A DNA stretch of 64,000 bases from an uncultured Enterobacterales bacterium (GTDB taxonomy: Bacteria; Myxococcota_A; UBA796; JAFGLY01). The stretch spans positions 63,002-127,001 of the forward strand of contig CAYZVO010000001.1 of NCBI GenBank assembly GCA_964481655.1. The letters run 5' to 3'. Numbering within the stretch: position 1 is the stretch's first letter; each line of letters starts with the position of its first letter. Both the position numbers and the translations under genes were made by a program. This document shows, piece by piece, positions 39,608 to 48,729 of this stretch. A model generated the notes under the pieces. The model saw nothing but the letters and a program-made list of their open reading frames with translations, searched no databases and had not been told where the DNA came from.

Positions 39608-40714
39608 GTGTCCCTCCGCGTCAGCGCCTCCGGCGAGCAGACCAGCCTGTCCGAGCGCAAGCGTCGGGCCGGCCAGCGCCTGCTGCTGACCCTGTCGGAG
39701 CCCCGGCTCGGCTACGACCAGCGCGCGCTGCTGGCGGAGCTGCAGCCCGCTGGCTTCGTCGTGGATCCCACCGGGGCCGACGAGCCCGGCCAGCTGCGGG
39801 AGCTGGCCGCCGAGCTGACCGCCCGCCTGCCGCCGGCCTTGCCGCCGGTCCTCTGTGCCCGCCACGACGTCGGGCGCCCCTGCCCCGGGGCCACCGAGCA
39901 GCCGCCGCTGCGCTGGCTCGCGGGCGCCGACGACCCGGCCCTCACCCGCGCGGTCGGCCGGGCCTGGCGGCGGGAGCTGGCCGCCATGGGCTTTCACCTG
40001 CAGCTGGGGCCCCGCTGTGAGCTCGAGCCTGCCGCCAGCGAGACCCTCCCCGCCGGCCCCGATGAGCTCGGATCGCTGCTCGCGGGAGACGATCCGCCGC
40101 GCACCGCCCGCACCATCGGCGCCTTCGTGCACGACGAGCCGGGCGACGCCTGCGCTGCCTGTCCTTGCTTCGCCCAAGGCTGGCTGCGGGACGGCCGGCT
40201 GGTGGCCTGGGAGAAGGAGCTGCCCGGGCTGGGGGCCGCGGCCCGCGCCCGGGGGGCGGCCGCGGGGCGCGGCGGCGCGCCGGCGCTGCTGCTGGGCTGG
40301 GGCCGCTGGCCGGCCTTCGACGAGCAGCGGCCGGTCTGGGCGACCGAAGGCCTGATGCTGGGGCAGCTGCGCCAGCGCCTGGGCTTCGGTGGTCTGCTGC
40401 TGGCCGAGGACCCGAGCATCGCGCCGGAGGCCGAACGCCTGCGGGTGGCCGACCTGCTCCGCGACGCGCTGGCCGCCAGCCTGGATCTGTGGATCCTCCA
40501 GCCGCGAGCCGAGCGGCAGGTCGCCCTCTACGAGGCCCTGGTGCGGCTCCAGGAGCGCCACCCCATCCTGGACACGGTCATGGATCTCACCACCAAGCGC
40601 CTGCTGCGCGGTCGTGAGCGGCTGATGCTCCACCGCGTCCGCCCCGGCCTCGAGGTCGTGGACCACCGCTCCCACCGCGACCTGGTGCTGCTGGCGCGCG
40701 CCCGCGGGAGCTGA
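39608..40714 (+). CDS. Hypothetical protein, weakly GH3 (NagZ)-like and probably degenerate
   Basis: DPALTRAVGRAWRRELAAMGFHLQLGPRCEL resembles the GH3 N-terminal domain segment. I could not find the expected DxEGG or KHFPGHG motifs. Confidence 0.4.
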   Translation: MSLRVSASGEQTSLSERKRRAGQRLLLTLSEPRLGYDQRALLAELQPAGFVVDPTGADEPGQLRELAAELTARLPPALPPVLCARHDVGRPCPGATEQPPLRWLAGADDPALTRAVGRAWRRELAAMGFHLQLGPRCELEPAASETLPAGPDELGSLLAGDDPPRTARTIGAFVHDEPGDACAACPCFAQGWLRDGRLVAWEKELPGLGAAARARGAAAGRGGAPALLLGWGRWPAFDEQRPVWATEGLMLGQLRQRLGFGGLLLAEDPSIAPEAERLRVADLLRDALAASLDLWILQPRAERQVALYEALVRLQERHPILDTVMDLTTKRLLRGRERLMLHRVRPGLEVVDHRSHRDLVLLARARGS

Positions 40715-41536
40715 TCAGTGGCGGGGCCCCTTCTCTGAGGGGAAGCAGCGAGCCTTCTGGAAGTGCTGCAGGGTCTGGATGAGCCGCGGGTGATCGGGCG
40801 CGGTGCCCGTGCCGATGGTGGCGGAGGCCCATGAGGGGCTCAGCTCGGAGCGCTCGGTGGCGCAGAGGGCGTCCTGGTGGCCCGGGGGCTTCATGGCTTC
40901 GTTGAGCCAGCCGCGGAAGCTGGTCTCGGCGGTCATCCAGCAGGTCTCCCGCTCGGTCTCGGGGACCTGCTCGCAGACCCCCACCGCGATGTGGCGCGCG
41001 CGCTCGAAGGCCACCTGGTAGGCGTGCTGCCAGAAGTGTTTGGACAGCTCGGGCTGGCCACCGAAGGCCTCCACCCAGCGGTCGTGGATCACCTGCACCC
41101 TGTCGTGGTCGTCCACCATCACGCGGATGCCGTCGTCGCCGACGGCCTGCCGAAGCTCCAGCTGCCACAGGTGGTTGGAGCAGTCGCGCATGAAGATGCC
41201 CGCGTGGGCGCAGAGCTGGGCCGCCCGCTCGAGCTCGCTCTGGGTCCGGGCGCGCTCCGCCGCCACGAAGTAGCACTCGTCGCGCCACTGGCCTTCGGCG
41301 ATCTCGGCGCACAGGCTCTCGGGATCCACGCCCTCGAGCACCCCTGTCCGGCTGGCCAGGGCCGACAGGCAGTCGGAGCGCAGGGCTTCGTCCCCGATGG
41401 CGCGGCAGTGGGCCAGCCGTTGCTCGGGTTCTCCACGGGTGACCCCGGCCAGGTAGTGCTCGCGGTCACCCTGGTCGTCACCGCTGGACCCGTCGCCCGA
41501 GCAGGCCACCAGGCCTGCCAGCAGCATCGAGCGCAC
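40715..41536 (-). CDS. Lipoprotein, hypothetical (Cys-, His- and Trp-containing helical protein)
   Basis: Track ORF is 40715..41908. GTG at 41536 or ATG at 41527 gives (V)RSMLLAGLVACSG (lipobox). The upstream part is non-coding-like. Its stop abuts the convergent stop (TGATCA). Confidence 0.5.
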   Translation of the reverse strand: MRSMLLAGLVACSGDGSSGDDQGDREHYLAGVTRGEPEQRLAHCRAIGDEALRSDCLSALASRTGVLEGVDPESLCAEIAEGQWRDECYFVAAERARTQSELERAAQLCAHAGIFMRDCSNHLWQLELRQAVGDDGIRVMVDDHDRVQVIHDRWVEAFGGQPELSKHFWQHAYQVAFERARHIAVGVCEQVPETERETCWMTAETSFRGWLNEAMKPPGHQDALCATERSELSPSWASATIGTGTAPDHPRLIQTLQHFQKARCFPSEKGPRH

Positions 41537-41656
41537 GGGGAGGGCTGGGAACACAGGCCGATCACGGTAGCCCGTAGTGCCCTCGGCTTCCCCTCGCGGG
41601 CCCCCTTGCGTATGATCCACGTCTTCCAACCCGCAGCGCGGACAACGGAGAGACTC

Positions 41657-42124
41657 ATGCGCAAGCTGTTCGGACTGGTGGCCCTCGCCCTGTTCCTGGT
41701 GATCGGCTGTGGCAAGAAGGCCGAGCCCGAGGCCGCGGCCGATGGCCCCGCCGTCACCGCTGACCTGGCCCGGCTGGTGGTCATCCGCAAGGAGGTCGTC
41801 GGCACCGCCGAGAAGCCCACCTACCGGGGGGTGATCACGGTTCAGAACGGCTTCCAGGGCGAGATCACCCTCGATCGCGTGGAGTACGGCGGCACCGTCG
41901 GACGCCACACCATGCCCGACAGCATCGAGCAGCTGGACATGGTGGTGCCCGGTGGCAGCTCCACCGAGCTGCGCCTGGATGTGCAGTTCGGCTGGAAGGA
42001 CGACGCCCCGATGAACTTCCAGCAGGGCACCCTGACCGGCACGGTCTACTACCGCGGTCCCAAGGGCAAGATGCGTCAGCTGCCCTTCGCGGTCGACGGC
42101 CAGCTGACCATCCGCGGCCAGTAG
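41657..42124 (+). CDS. Lipoprotein, LEA_2/WHy-like (tentative)
   Basis: ATG at 41657 gives MRKLFGLVALALFLVIGCGK (lipobox). ITLDRVEYGGTVGRHTM..VVPGGSSTELRLDVQF resembles LEA14-like domains. Confidence 0.5.
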   Translation: MRKLFGLVALALFLVIGCGKKAEPEAAADGPAVTADLARLVVIRKEVVGTAEKPTYRGVITVQNGFQGEITLDRVEYGGTVGRHTMPDSIEQLDMVVPGGSSTELRLDVQFGWKDDAPMNFQQGTLTGTVYYRGPKGKMRQLPFAVDGQLTIRGQ

Positions 42125-42130
42125 GCCGCC

Positions 42131-42670
42131 GTGCTCCCGCTCGGTGTCGCCCTGCTGTGGGCGGGTGTGAGCGTGGTGGGCGCCGAGCAGCTCGGTGACG
42201 CCCCGGCCTGCCCCGAGCTGCAGTCACCTCCCGAGCACCTGCAGGTGGCCTGGGTCACCCCGGTGCGCAAGCGCGCCCGTGGCCGCAGCTCCCTGTCCGT
42301 GGTGCGGGTGTCCGAGCTGCGCACCTGGGTCCAGGCTGCCGGCGCCGACCAGGCGCGCACCCTGCAGGCCCTGGGCATCGTCGGCCCCCGCGGCAAGGTC
42401 CGCAAGCGCTACAAGATCACCCTCTTCGACGTCTCCGCCGACCTGCTCTGCCGACCCGTGGAGCACACACCGGAGGGCGAGGATGCCTATGGCCTGCCCG
42501 CCTGTCCGGGGGGCCGGCAGCTGGGGGTGCGCTGGGAGACCGGCTGCGGCAGCTCCGTGGACACGACCACCGACGAGCCCGGCTTCGACCTGTACCGCGT
42601 GCTGTGGCGGGACGCGGCCCGCGCTGGGTTCTGCGTGATGCCCCTCGAGCGCTTCCTCGAGGGGGCCTGA
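42131..42670 (+). CDS. Secreted hypothetical protein
   Basis: GTG at 42131 lies 6 nt after the previous gene. Signal peptide-like MLPLGVALLWAGVSVVGA. Six Cys residues. Confidence 0.45.
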   Translation: MLPLGVALLWAGVSVVGAEQLGDAPACPELQSPPEHLQVAWVTPVRKRARGRSSLSVVRVSELRTWVQAAGADQARTLQALGIVGPRGKVRKRYKITLFDVSADLLCRPVEHTPEGEDAYGLPACPGGRQLGVRWETGCGSSVDTTTDEPGFDLYRVLWRDAARAGFCVMPLERFLEGA

Positions 42671-42673
42671 GGG

Positions 42674-43675
42674 TCACTTGGCGGCGTAGGCCGCGGCCCT
42701 GGTGGCGTCGATGCCGCCGGTGATGGAGACCATGGCGGCGTAGCCGGCCTCCTGCAGCGCGATGTCCACCAGATGCGGCGTGCTCTGCAGCTCCATGGTG
42801 CCCACCATCTTCCCGGGCGGCGAGGCGTAGAAGCCGCCGCTCATCGCGGTGCCGAAGCTCGTGGCGTCCAGGTAGCGGCGGGCGCCGTCGGCCACACTGC
42901 CGCTGACGCCGAGCGCGGGCCCCAGCAGCGTCATGGCGGGCACCACCACGAAGCGCATGAAGAACGGCATGTTGCGCGAGAAGCCCGTGCCCATCGCGGC
43001 CCCGGGGGAGACGGCCACGACCACGGTGCCCGCGGGGACCCTGCGGGCCATGGCGGCGGCCCACCAGGCGACCAGGGCCTTGGCGGTGGCGTAGGCCCGG
43101 TTGGGGTCGTAGCGGCCCCAGCTGCGGCCCCGGGCCAGGGCCTCGATGGTCCTGGCCAGGTCCCCGTCGTAGTCGGCCTCGGCGATGTGGCGGACGTTCT
43201 CCACCTCCATGCCCATGCCCGGCAGGTCGGAGCGCGCGGCCTCGGAGCCGGCGATGATGACCCGGGCGTCCTCGGCCAGCAGATCCGCGGCCATCAGCCC
43301 GACGGTCAGGGCGTGGTGGCCCACCAGGGTGGAGGCGTAGGCCAGATCGATGCCGTCGCTGTTGGTGGTGAGCTGCGGGCGGACCATGCCCGCGTTGAGC
43401 AGCAGCACCGAGATGGTGCGGCCGCGCTCGGCGAGGGTCCGCACCGCCTCCCGGGCCGAGCTCAGCTCCGAGGTGTCGATGGTGAGGGTCTCGAAGACAT
43501 CCACGCGGCAACGATCCATCAGGCGCACCCGGGCGTCCCGGGCCTTGTCGCGATCGCGGCAGGCGAGGATGACCCGGCCGTAGCCGGCGTCGCAGAGCTG
43601 GGCTGCGGCCTCGAAGCCGAGCCCCGAGTTCGCGCCGGTGACCAGCGCGACGCGGTGTTCGTTGGGATGGGACAT
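42674..43675 (-). CDS. Short-chain dehydrogenase/reductase (SDR)
   Basis: Track ORF is 42674..43852. ATG at 43675 gives MSHPNEHRVALVTGANSGLGFEAA (TGxxxGxG), NAG, and YATAK (YxxxK). Confidence 0.8.
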   Translation of the reverse strand: MSHPNEHRVALVTGANSGLGFEAAAQLCDAGYGRVILACRDRDKARDARVRLMDRCRVDVFETLTIDTSELSSAREAVRTLAERGRTISVLLLNAGMVRPQLTTNSDGIDLAYASTLVGHHALTVGLMAADLLAEDARVIIAGSEAARSDLPGMGMEVENVRHIAEADYDGDLARTIEALARGRSWGRYDPNRAYATAKALVAWWAAAMARRVPAGTVVVAVSPGAAMGTGFSRNMPFFMRFVVVPAMTLLGPALGVSGSVADGARRYLDATSFGTAMSGGFYASPPGKMVGTMELQSTPHLVDIALQEAGYAAMVSITGGIDATRAAAYAAK

Positions 43676-43833
43676 GGACACCTCCGGACTGGATCGGCTC
43701 CACGATAGACGCGCCGGCTGCCCGGGGGCGCGTCGGGACCCGGATCGTCCGTTCTTCGGTGGGAACGCCCACACTCGGCCCAGCCGCGCTGTCGGCGCCC
43801 CGCAGCGGTTAGGCTGGCCTCCGAGGACCCGCC

Positions 43834-44574
43834 GTGCCCCACGACTCCCCACCCGTGCCCCTCGACGCCGATCCCCGCGAGGTGGAGCGCCTGCTGGCGC
43901 TGGCCGCGGCCCAGCCGGACCTGCCGTCGCGGCTCGAGGCCCTCACCGGGGCCCTGCTGGGCCGGCCCTACGTCGTCGGCTCCCTGGTCGGGGGCCCCGA
44001 GGAACCCGAGCGCCTCGTCACCCGGCTCGACGCCTTCGACTGCGTCACCTACTGCGACGCCGTCATCGCCCTGGCCACCGCGGGCGCCTCCGACGACTTC
44101 GCCCCGCGCCTGCGGGCCCTGCGCTACCGCGGGGGGCGGCTGGGCTGGCGTGAACGCAACCACTACACCCACCGCTGGCTGGCCAACAACGTGCGCGCGG
44201 GCTCGCTCGAGCCGCTGCTGCCGGAGCGCTGGGCCTTCGCGGGAGAGCCCCGCACCCTGGACGTCCTCGAGGGCTATCCGGCGCTGCCCTGGCGGCCCCG
44301 CTACCTGCCCTGGAGCGAGCGGGAGGCCCTCGCGGGGGTCGCCCGCAGCGGGGACTGGCTCGGCTTCGTCTCCCATCGCCCACGGCTCGACACCTTCCAC
44401 GTCGGGATGCTGATCGTCGAGGACCAGCTCATGGTCCGGCACGCCTCCCGCAGCCGCGGGCGGGTCATCCAGGAGCCCCTGGACCACTGCATGGTGGCCT
44501 GGGACGTCCCCGGATTGCTCGTCGCCCGCCCCCTCCATCCATCCTCCATCCCGCCCCTGGGAGAGACCCCGTGA
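43834..44574 (+). CDS. DUF1460-like protein (amidase-like fold family, tentative)
   Basis: GRPYVVGSLVGGPEEPERLVTRLDAFDCVTYCDAVIALA..RNHYTHRWL resembles my recollection of DUF1460. It is the first gene of an overlapping four-gene cassette. Confidence 0.55.
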   Translation: MPHDSPPVPLDADPREVERLLALAAAQPDLPSRLEALTGALLGRPYVVGSLVGGPEEPERLVTRLDAFDCVTYCDAVIALATAGASDDFAPRLRALRYRGGRLGWRERNHYTHRWLANNVRAGSLEPLLPERWAFAGEPRTLDVLEGYPALPWRPRYLPWSEREALAGVARSGDWLGFVSHRPRLDTFHVGMLIVEDQLMVRHASRSRGRVIQEPLDHCMVAWDVPGLLVARPLHPSSIPPLGETP

Positions 44575-46046
44575 AGCCCATCACCGCTCTGATCGCCACC
44601 GCCAGCCACAGCGATGCCCTGCCCCTCGTCCGCCGCCTGGCGGCCACCGGCCTGGTGAAGGCCGTCGTGCTGCAGCTGCCTCCGGACAGTGACACCCCCC
44701 CGGACACCATGGCCGGGCTGCCCTGCCGCGCCCTGTCCAGCGCCGAGCCCGGCTCCGCGTCGGTGCTCGGGCCCCTGGTCGCTGGGCTCGAGACCCCGTG
44801 GCTGTTGCGGGTGGAGGCCCGCGGCCTGCTCGATCCGCAGCCCTGGGGCCTCGCGCGCCTGCTGCAGGCCGGTGAGGCCAGCGGCGCCGCGCTGGTTTTC
44901 GGCGACTACCTCGACGAGCGCGATGGCGCGCTGGTCCCCCACCCCCTGGCGGACTGGCAGCCGGGCAGCCTCCAGGACAGCTTCGACCTCGGCCCCTGGT
45001 CCCTGTGGTCCATGGCCCGGGCGCGAGCGGGCCTCGCCGAGCAGCCCCTCGCCGACGACCTGCGCTGGCACGCCTGGTACCACCTGCGCCTGGCCGCCAC
45101 CCGCCAGGCCCCGGCGCTGCGGGTGCCCGAACCCCTCGCGGTGCTGCGGCCCCTCGCCGTCCGCAAGACCGGACAGAAGGTCTTCGACTACCTCACCGCC
45201 GCCCGCGAGGCCCAGGTCGAGGCCGAGGAGGTCTTCACCGCCCACCTGAAGGTCTGCGGAGCGTTCTTGCCTGGACCGTTCCGGCCCTTCGAGCCCCGGG
45301 CCCCCGGCTTCCCGGTCGAGGCTTCGGTGATCATCCCGGTGCGCAACCGGGTTGTGACCGTGGGCGACGCTGTGCGCTCGGCCCTGTCCCAGCAGGCCAG
45401 CTTTCCCTTCAACGTCATCGTGGTGGACAACCACTCCACCGACGGCACCACCGCGATCCTCGAGGACATCGCCAGCGCGGACCCGCGCCTGGTGCACGTG
45501 GTGCCCGACCGCATGGATCTGGGCATCGGTGGCTGCTGGAACGTGGGCCTGTTCCACCCCCGCTGCGGTCGCTACATCGTGCAGCTGGATTCGGATGATC
45601 TCTACTCGGGCACCGACACCCTCGAGCGCATGGTGACGCTGCTGAGAGATGAGCAGTGCGGCATGGCCGTGGGCAGCTACACCCTGGTGGACATGGACCT
45701 GAACGAGATCCCCCCGGGGCTCATCGACCACCGGGAGTGGACCGACGACAACGGGCCCAACAATGCCCTCCGCATCGGCGGGCTGGGCGCGCCGCGGGCC
45801 TTCGCCACCGAGCTGGTCCGCCAGACCCCCTTCCCCAACGCCAGCTACGGAGAGGACTACGCCGTGGTGCTGCGCATCAGCCGGGAGTGGAAGGTCGGGC
45901 GCATCTACGACTCGCTCTACCTGTGCCGCCGCTGGGAGGACAACAGCGACGCCGATCTGCCCCCCGAGGTGGCCGCCCGCTACCAGGTCTACAAGGATCG
46001 CCTCCGCACCCTGGAGCTGCAGGCCCGCGCGGCGGAGCGCCTGTGA
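44571..46046 (+). CDS. Family 2 glycosyltransferase with N-terminal extension
   Basis: GTGA overlap with the upstream stop. SVIIPVRNRVVTVGDAVRSALSQ..VIVVDNHSTDGTTAIL..IVQLDSDDLY (DxD). Confidence 0.8.
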   Translation: MKPITALIATASHSDALPLVRRLAATGLVKAVVLQLPPDSDTPPDTMAGLPCRALSSAEPGSASVLGPLVAGLETPWLLRVEARGLLDPQPWGLARLLQAGEASGAALVFGDYLDERDGALVPHPLADWQPGSLQDSFDLGPWSLWSMARARAGLAEQPLADDLRWHAWYHLRLAATRQAPALRVPEPLAVLRPLAVRKTGQKVFDYLTAAREAQVEAEEVFTAHLKVCGAFLPGPFRPFEPRAPGFPVEASVIIPVRNRVVTVGDAVRSALSQQASFPFNVIVVDNHSTDGTTAILEDIASADPRLVHVVPDRMDLGIGGCWNVGLFHPRCGRYIVQLDSDDLYSGTDTLERMVTLLRDEQCGMAVGSYTLVDMDLNEIPPGLIDHREWTDDNGPNNALRIGGLGAPRAFATELVRQTPFPNASYGEDYAVVLRISREWKVGRIYDSLYLCRRWEDNSDADLPPEVAARYQVYKDRLRTLELQARAAERL

Positions 46047-47086
46047 GCACGCCGGCCGGCCAGGCGGACGGTGGCTGGGCCGGCCGCTTCGTGCCCCGGG
46101 GCGTGCTGCCGACCGGCAGCGCGACCTCCCTCGGGGCGCGGCTGGTGCCCTTCATGGACTGGCAGGCGGGCTGCTGGCCGCGGCTGGCCGACGCCCTGGC
46201 GGGGCTCGAGGCCGTGCGCACCCGGCGCTTCGAGCTCGACGGGCGGCCCGTCGTGGCCCAGTTCAACCCCGGCCGGGCGGTCTCCACCACGGCCAAGGTC
46301 GACGCCGCCAGCATCCAGCAGCGGCCCTGCTTCCTCTGTCCGGCCAACCTGCCCGAGCCGGAGAAGGGCCTGGCGTTCGGGCGCCACTGGGTGCTGCTGG
46401 CCAACCCGGCCCCCATCTTGCCGCTGCACTTCGTGCTGGCCCACCGGGAGCACCGGCCCCAGCGCGTGGTGGACGCGGTCCCCACCATGGTGGCCCTGGC
46501 CGAGCGCACCGCCGGCCACGCCGCCTGCATCTACAACGGGCCGGCCTGCGGAGCCTCCGCCCCGGACCACCTGCACCTGCAGGCCGTGAAGTCCGGGCTG
46601 CTGCCCGAGGAGCTCGCCGCCTGGCGGGCTGTTGACGGTCATGGGCCCGCCCCCTGGCTCGACCGCCCGCGGCTCCGTGCCTGGCAGGTCCCGGGACCCG
46701 GGCCTGTGGCGCTGGGGTTCTTCGGGCACGCGCGCAGCGTCGAGCGCGCCCTGCTCGCGGCCGTGGACGCCCTGGCCATGGTGCTGGGGGAGCCGGACGA
46801 GCCTCGGCTGAACCTGCTGACCAGCGGGCGCAAGGACGGGGTGCTGGCCCTGCTCTTCCCCCGGGCCGCCCACCGCCCTGCTTGCTACAGCGCCCCCGAG
46901 CCCGGGCGGCGCCTCATCAGCCCTGGCGCCATCGACATGGCTGGGCTGCTGGTCACCGTGCGCGAGGCGGACTTCGAGGCCCTCGACGCCTCGCTGATCC
47001 GCACCATCTACAGTGAGACCTCGCTGGAGCCCCAGGCCCTGGCCCCGGTCCGCGATCTGCTCGAGAGGAGACTCGCCCATGCCTGA
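46043..47086 (+). CDS. HIT/GalT-like nucleotidyl-transferase/phosphorylase-fold protein (DUF4922-like)
   Basis: GTGA overlap at 46043 (the track ORF starts at 45656, inside the GT2 gene). CFLCPANLPEPEKGL..ANPAPILPLHFVLAHREH..GASAPDHLHLQAV carries the HxHxQ motif. Confidence 0.6.
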   Translation: MSTPAGQADGGWAGRFVPRGVLPTGSATSLGARLVPFMDWQAGCWPRLADALAGLEAVRTRRFELDGRPVVAQFNPGRAVSTTAKVDAASIQQRPCFLCPANLPEPEKGLAFGRHWVLLANPAPILPLHFVLAHREHRPQRVVDAVPTMVALAERTAGHAACIYNGPACGASAPDHLHLQAVKSGLLPEELAAWRAVDGHGPAPWLDRPRLRAWQVPGPGPVALGFFGHARSVERALLAAVDALAMVLGEPDEPRLNLLTSGRKDGVLALLFPRAAHRPACYSAPEPGRRLISPGAIDMAGLLVTVREADFEALDASLIRTIYSETSLEPQALAPVRDLLERRLAHA

Positions 47087-48461
47087 GCCCCGCCTCCGCG
47101 TCGGCCTCATCCAGGGTCGCGACACCCTGCGCTTCCGCCTCGACGGCCTCTTCCACCTGCTGGTGGACGGCGCCGAGGCCCCCGTCGCCCGCGTGGGTGG
47201 CCGCTGGAGGGTGGTCAGCGGCTCCGAGGGCATCGCCCTGTGGCGCCACGGCGCCGAAGAGCCCTTCGCCCAGGGCCGCCACATGGTTCTGCGGCCCCTG
47301 GTCGAGGAGCGCTCGGCCTTCCTGCTGTTCGACATGACCGTCGGCGTCGACTTCCACTGGGAGCACGACGAGGACCTGAGCTTCACGGGCTCCCTGTGCC
47401 TGGAGCTGCGCGAGGGCGACCTCATGGACGCCGTCAACGAGGTGAGCCTCGAGGACTACCTGCTGTCGGTGATCTCCTCGGAGATGAGCGCCCGCTGTCC
47501 GCCGGCCCTGCTCGAGGCCCACGCCGTGATCTCCCGCTCCTGGCTGCTGGCCCAGCTCGAGGCCAGGGGGGTCGCCCCGATCCCCCCCGGGGATGCCACA
47601 CACCTGCCCGAGCAGCGCGACGACGGCCTGCACGTCCAGCGCTGGTACGACCGCGAGGATCACGCCTTCTTCGATGTCTGCGCCGACGACCACTGCCAGC
47701 GCTACCAGGGGGTCACCCGGGCGTTCTCCGATGAGGCCACCGCCGCCGTGCAGGCCACCCGCGGCGAGGTGCTGGTGAGCCAGGGCGCGGTCTGCGACGC
47801 CCGCTTCTCCAAGTGCTGCGGCGGCTACACCGAGCTGTTCTCGAGCGCCTGGGGGCCGGACGATCCCTCCTACCTGCAGGCCTTCCCCGATCTCCCCGAG
47901 GGCGAGCAGCCCGCCTACGAGCTGCCCCTGACCGACGAGGACCACGCGGTGGCCTTCATCCGCGGGGCGCCCCCGGCCTTCTGCAACACCCAGGACCGGG
48001 CCGTGCTCGAGAAGCTTTTGCCGGAGCTGGACCACGACACCAAGGACTTCTACCGCTGGGAGCAGCTCATCGAGCAGGATGAGCTGCAGGGGCTGTTGAA
48101 GGACAAGCTGGGCCTCGAGCTCAGCGCGATCCTGGCCCTCGAGCCGGTGGAGCGGGGCCCCTCGGGGCGTCTGGTGAAGCTGGCCATCGTCGGCGAGCGG
48201 GGCCGCGCGGTGATCGGCAAGGAGCTCGAGATCCGCCGCGCCCTGTCACCCACCCACCTGTACGCATCGGCCTTCGTGGTCGACGCCGAGGGCGGGGACG
48301 ACGGACCGCCGGCCCGCTTCCGCCTGCGGGGGGCCGGCTGGGGCCACGGCGTCGGGCTCTGCCAGATCGGGGCGGCGGTGATGGCCGAGCGCGGCTACCA
48401 CGCCCGCGCCATCCTGGCCCACTACTACCGAGGGGCGACCCTCGAGCAGCGCTACGACTGA
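47079..48461 (+). CDS. SpoIID/LytB-domain protein
   Basis: ATG at 47079 overlaps the upstream stop by 8 nt. VSLEDYLLSVISSEMSARCPPALLEAHAVISRSW..CADDHCQRYQG..RGEVLVSQGAVCDARFSKCCGGYTE. Confidence 0.75.
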   Translation: MPEPRLRVGLIQGRDTLRFRLDGLFHLLVDGAEAPVARVGGRWRVVSGSEGIALWRHGAEEPFAQGRHMVLRPLVEERSAFLLFDMTVGVDFHWEHDEDLSFTGSLCLELREGDLMDAVNEVSLEDYLLSVISSEMSARCPPALLEAHAVISRSWLLAQLEARGVAPIPPGDATHLPEQRDDGLHVQRWYDREDHAFFDVCADDHCQRYQGVTRAFSDEATAAVQATRGEVLVSQGAVCDARFSKCCGGYTELFSSAWGPDDPSYLQAFPDLPEGEQPAYELPLTDEDHAVAFIRGAPPAFCNTQDRAVLEKLLPELDHDTKDFYRWEQLIEQDELQGLLKDKLGLELSAILALEPVERGPSGRLVKLAIVGERGRAVIGKELEIRRALSPTHLYASAFVVDAEGGDDGPPARFRLRGAGWGHGVGLCQIGAAVMAERGYHARAILAHYYRGATLEQRYD

Positions 48462-48474
48462 TCGGTCGTGCCCG

Positions 48475-48675
48475 TCACTTGGATCGGGCCCCGCGCTGGG
48501 GCCCGTCCCACTGGAAGACCCGGCAGCTCATGGCGCAGCGGCCGCAGTCGATGCACTTGTCCATGTCGACCTGCGGGGCGCCGTAGCCCTGCTGGGTGAT
48601 GGCGTTGGTGGGGCAGACGCGCAGGGAGGGGCAGGGGTGGTTCTGGGGACAGCGCTCGGGACGGACGGTGATCAT
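48475..48675 (-). CDS. Small 4Fe-4S ferredoxin-like protein
   Basis: 66 aa: CPQNHPCPSLRVCP plus CIDCGRCAMSC (CxxCxxCxxxC). Confidence 0.65.
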   Translation of the reverse strand: MITVRPERCPQNHPCPSLRVCPTNAITQQGYGAPQVDMDKCIDCGRCAMSCRVFQWDGPQRGARSK

Positions 48676-48729
48676 GGTGTCGCTCCGTGGGTCGTGCAGC
48701 CCTTGGAGCCGCCAAGCCCCGGGAGCGTT

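Noticed and set aside
45656-46042. The N-terminal 129 codons of track ORF 45656..47086, and similar long N-terminal extensions of ORFs at 38663, 40877, 53351, 55426, 16664, 14593..16128 and 42674..43852
   Set aside because: The extensions are R/G/P-rich and overlap the preceding gene. Internal ATG/GTG starts give proper signal peptides or lipoboxes, RBS-like purine tracts, or 4-nt start/stop coupling.
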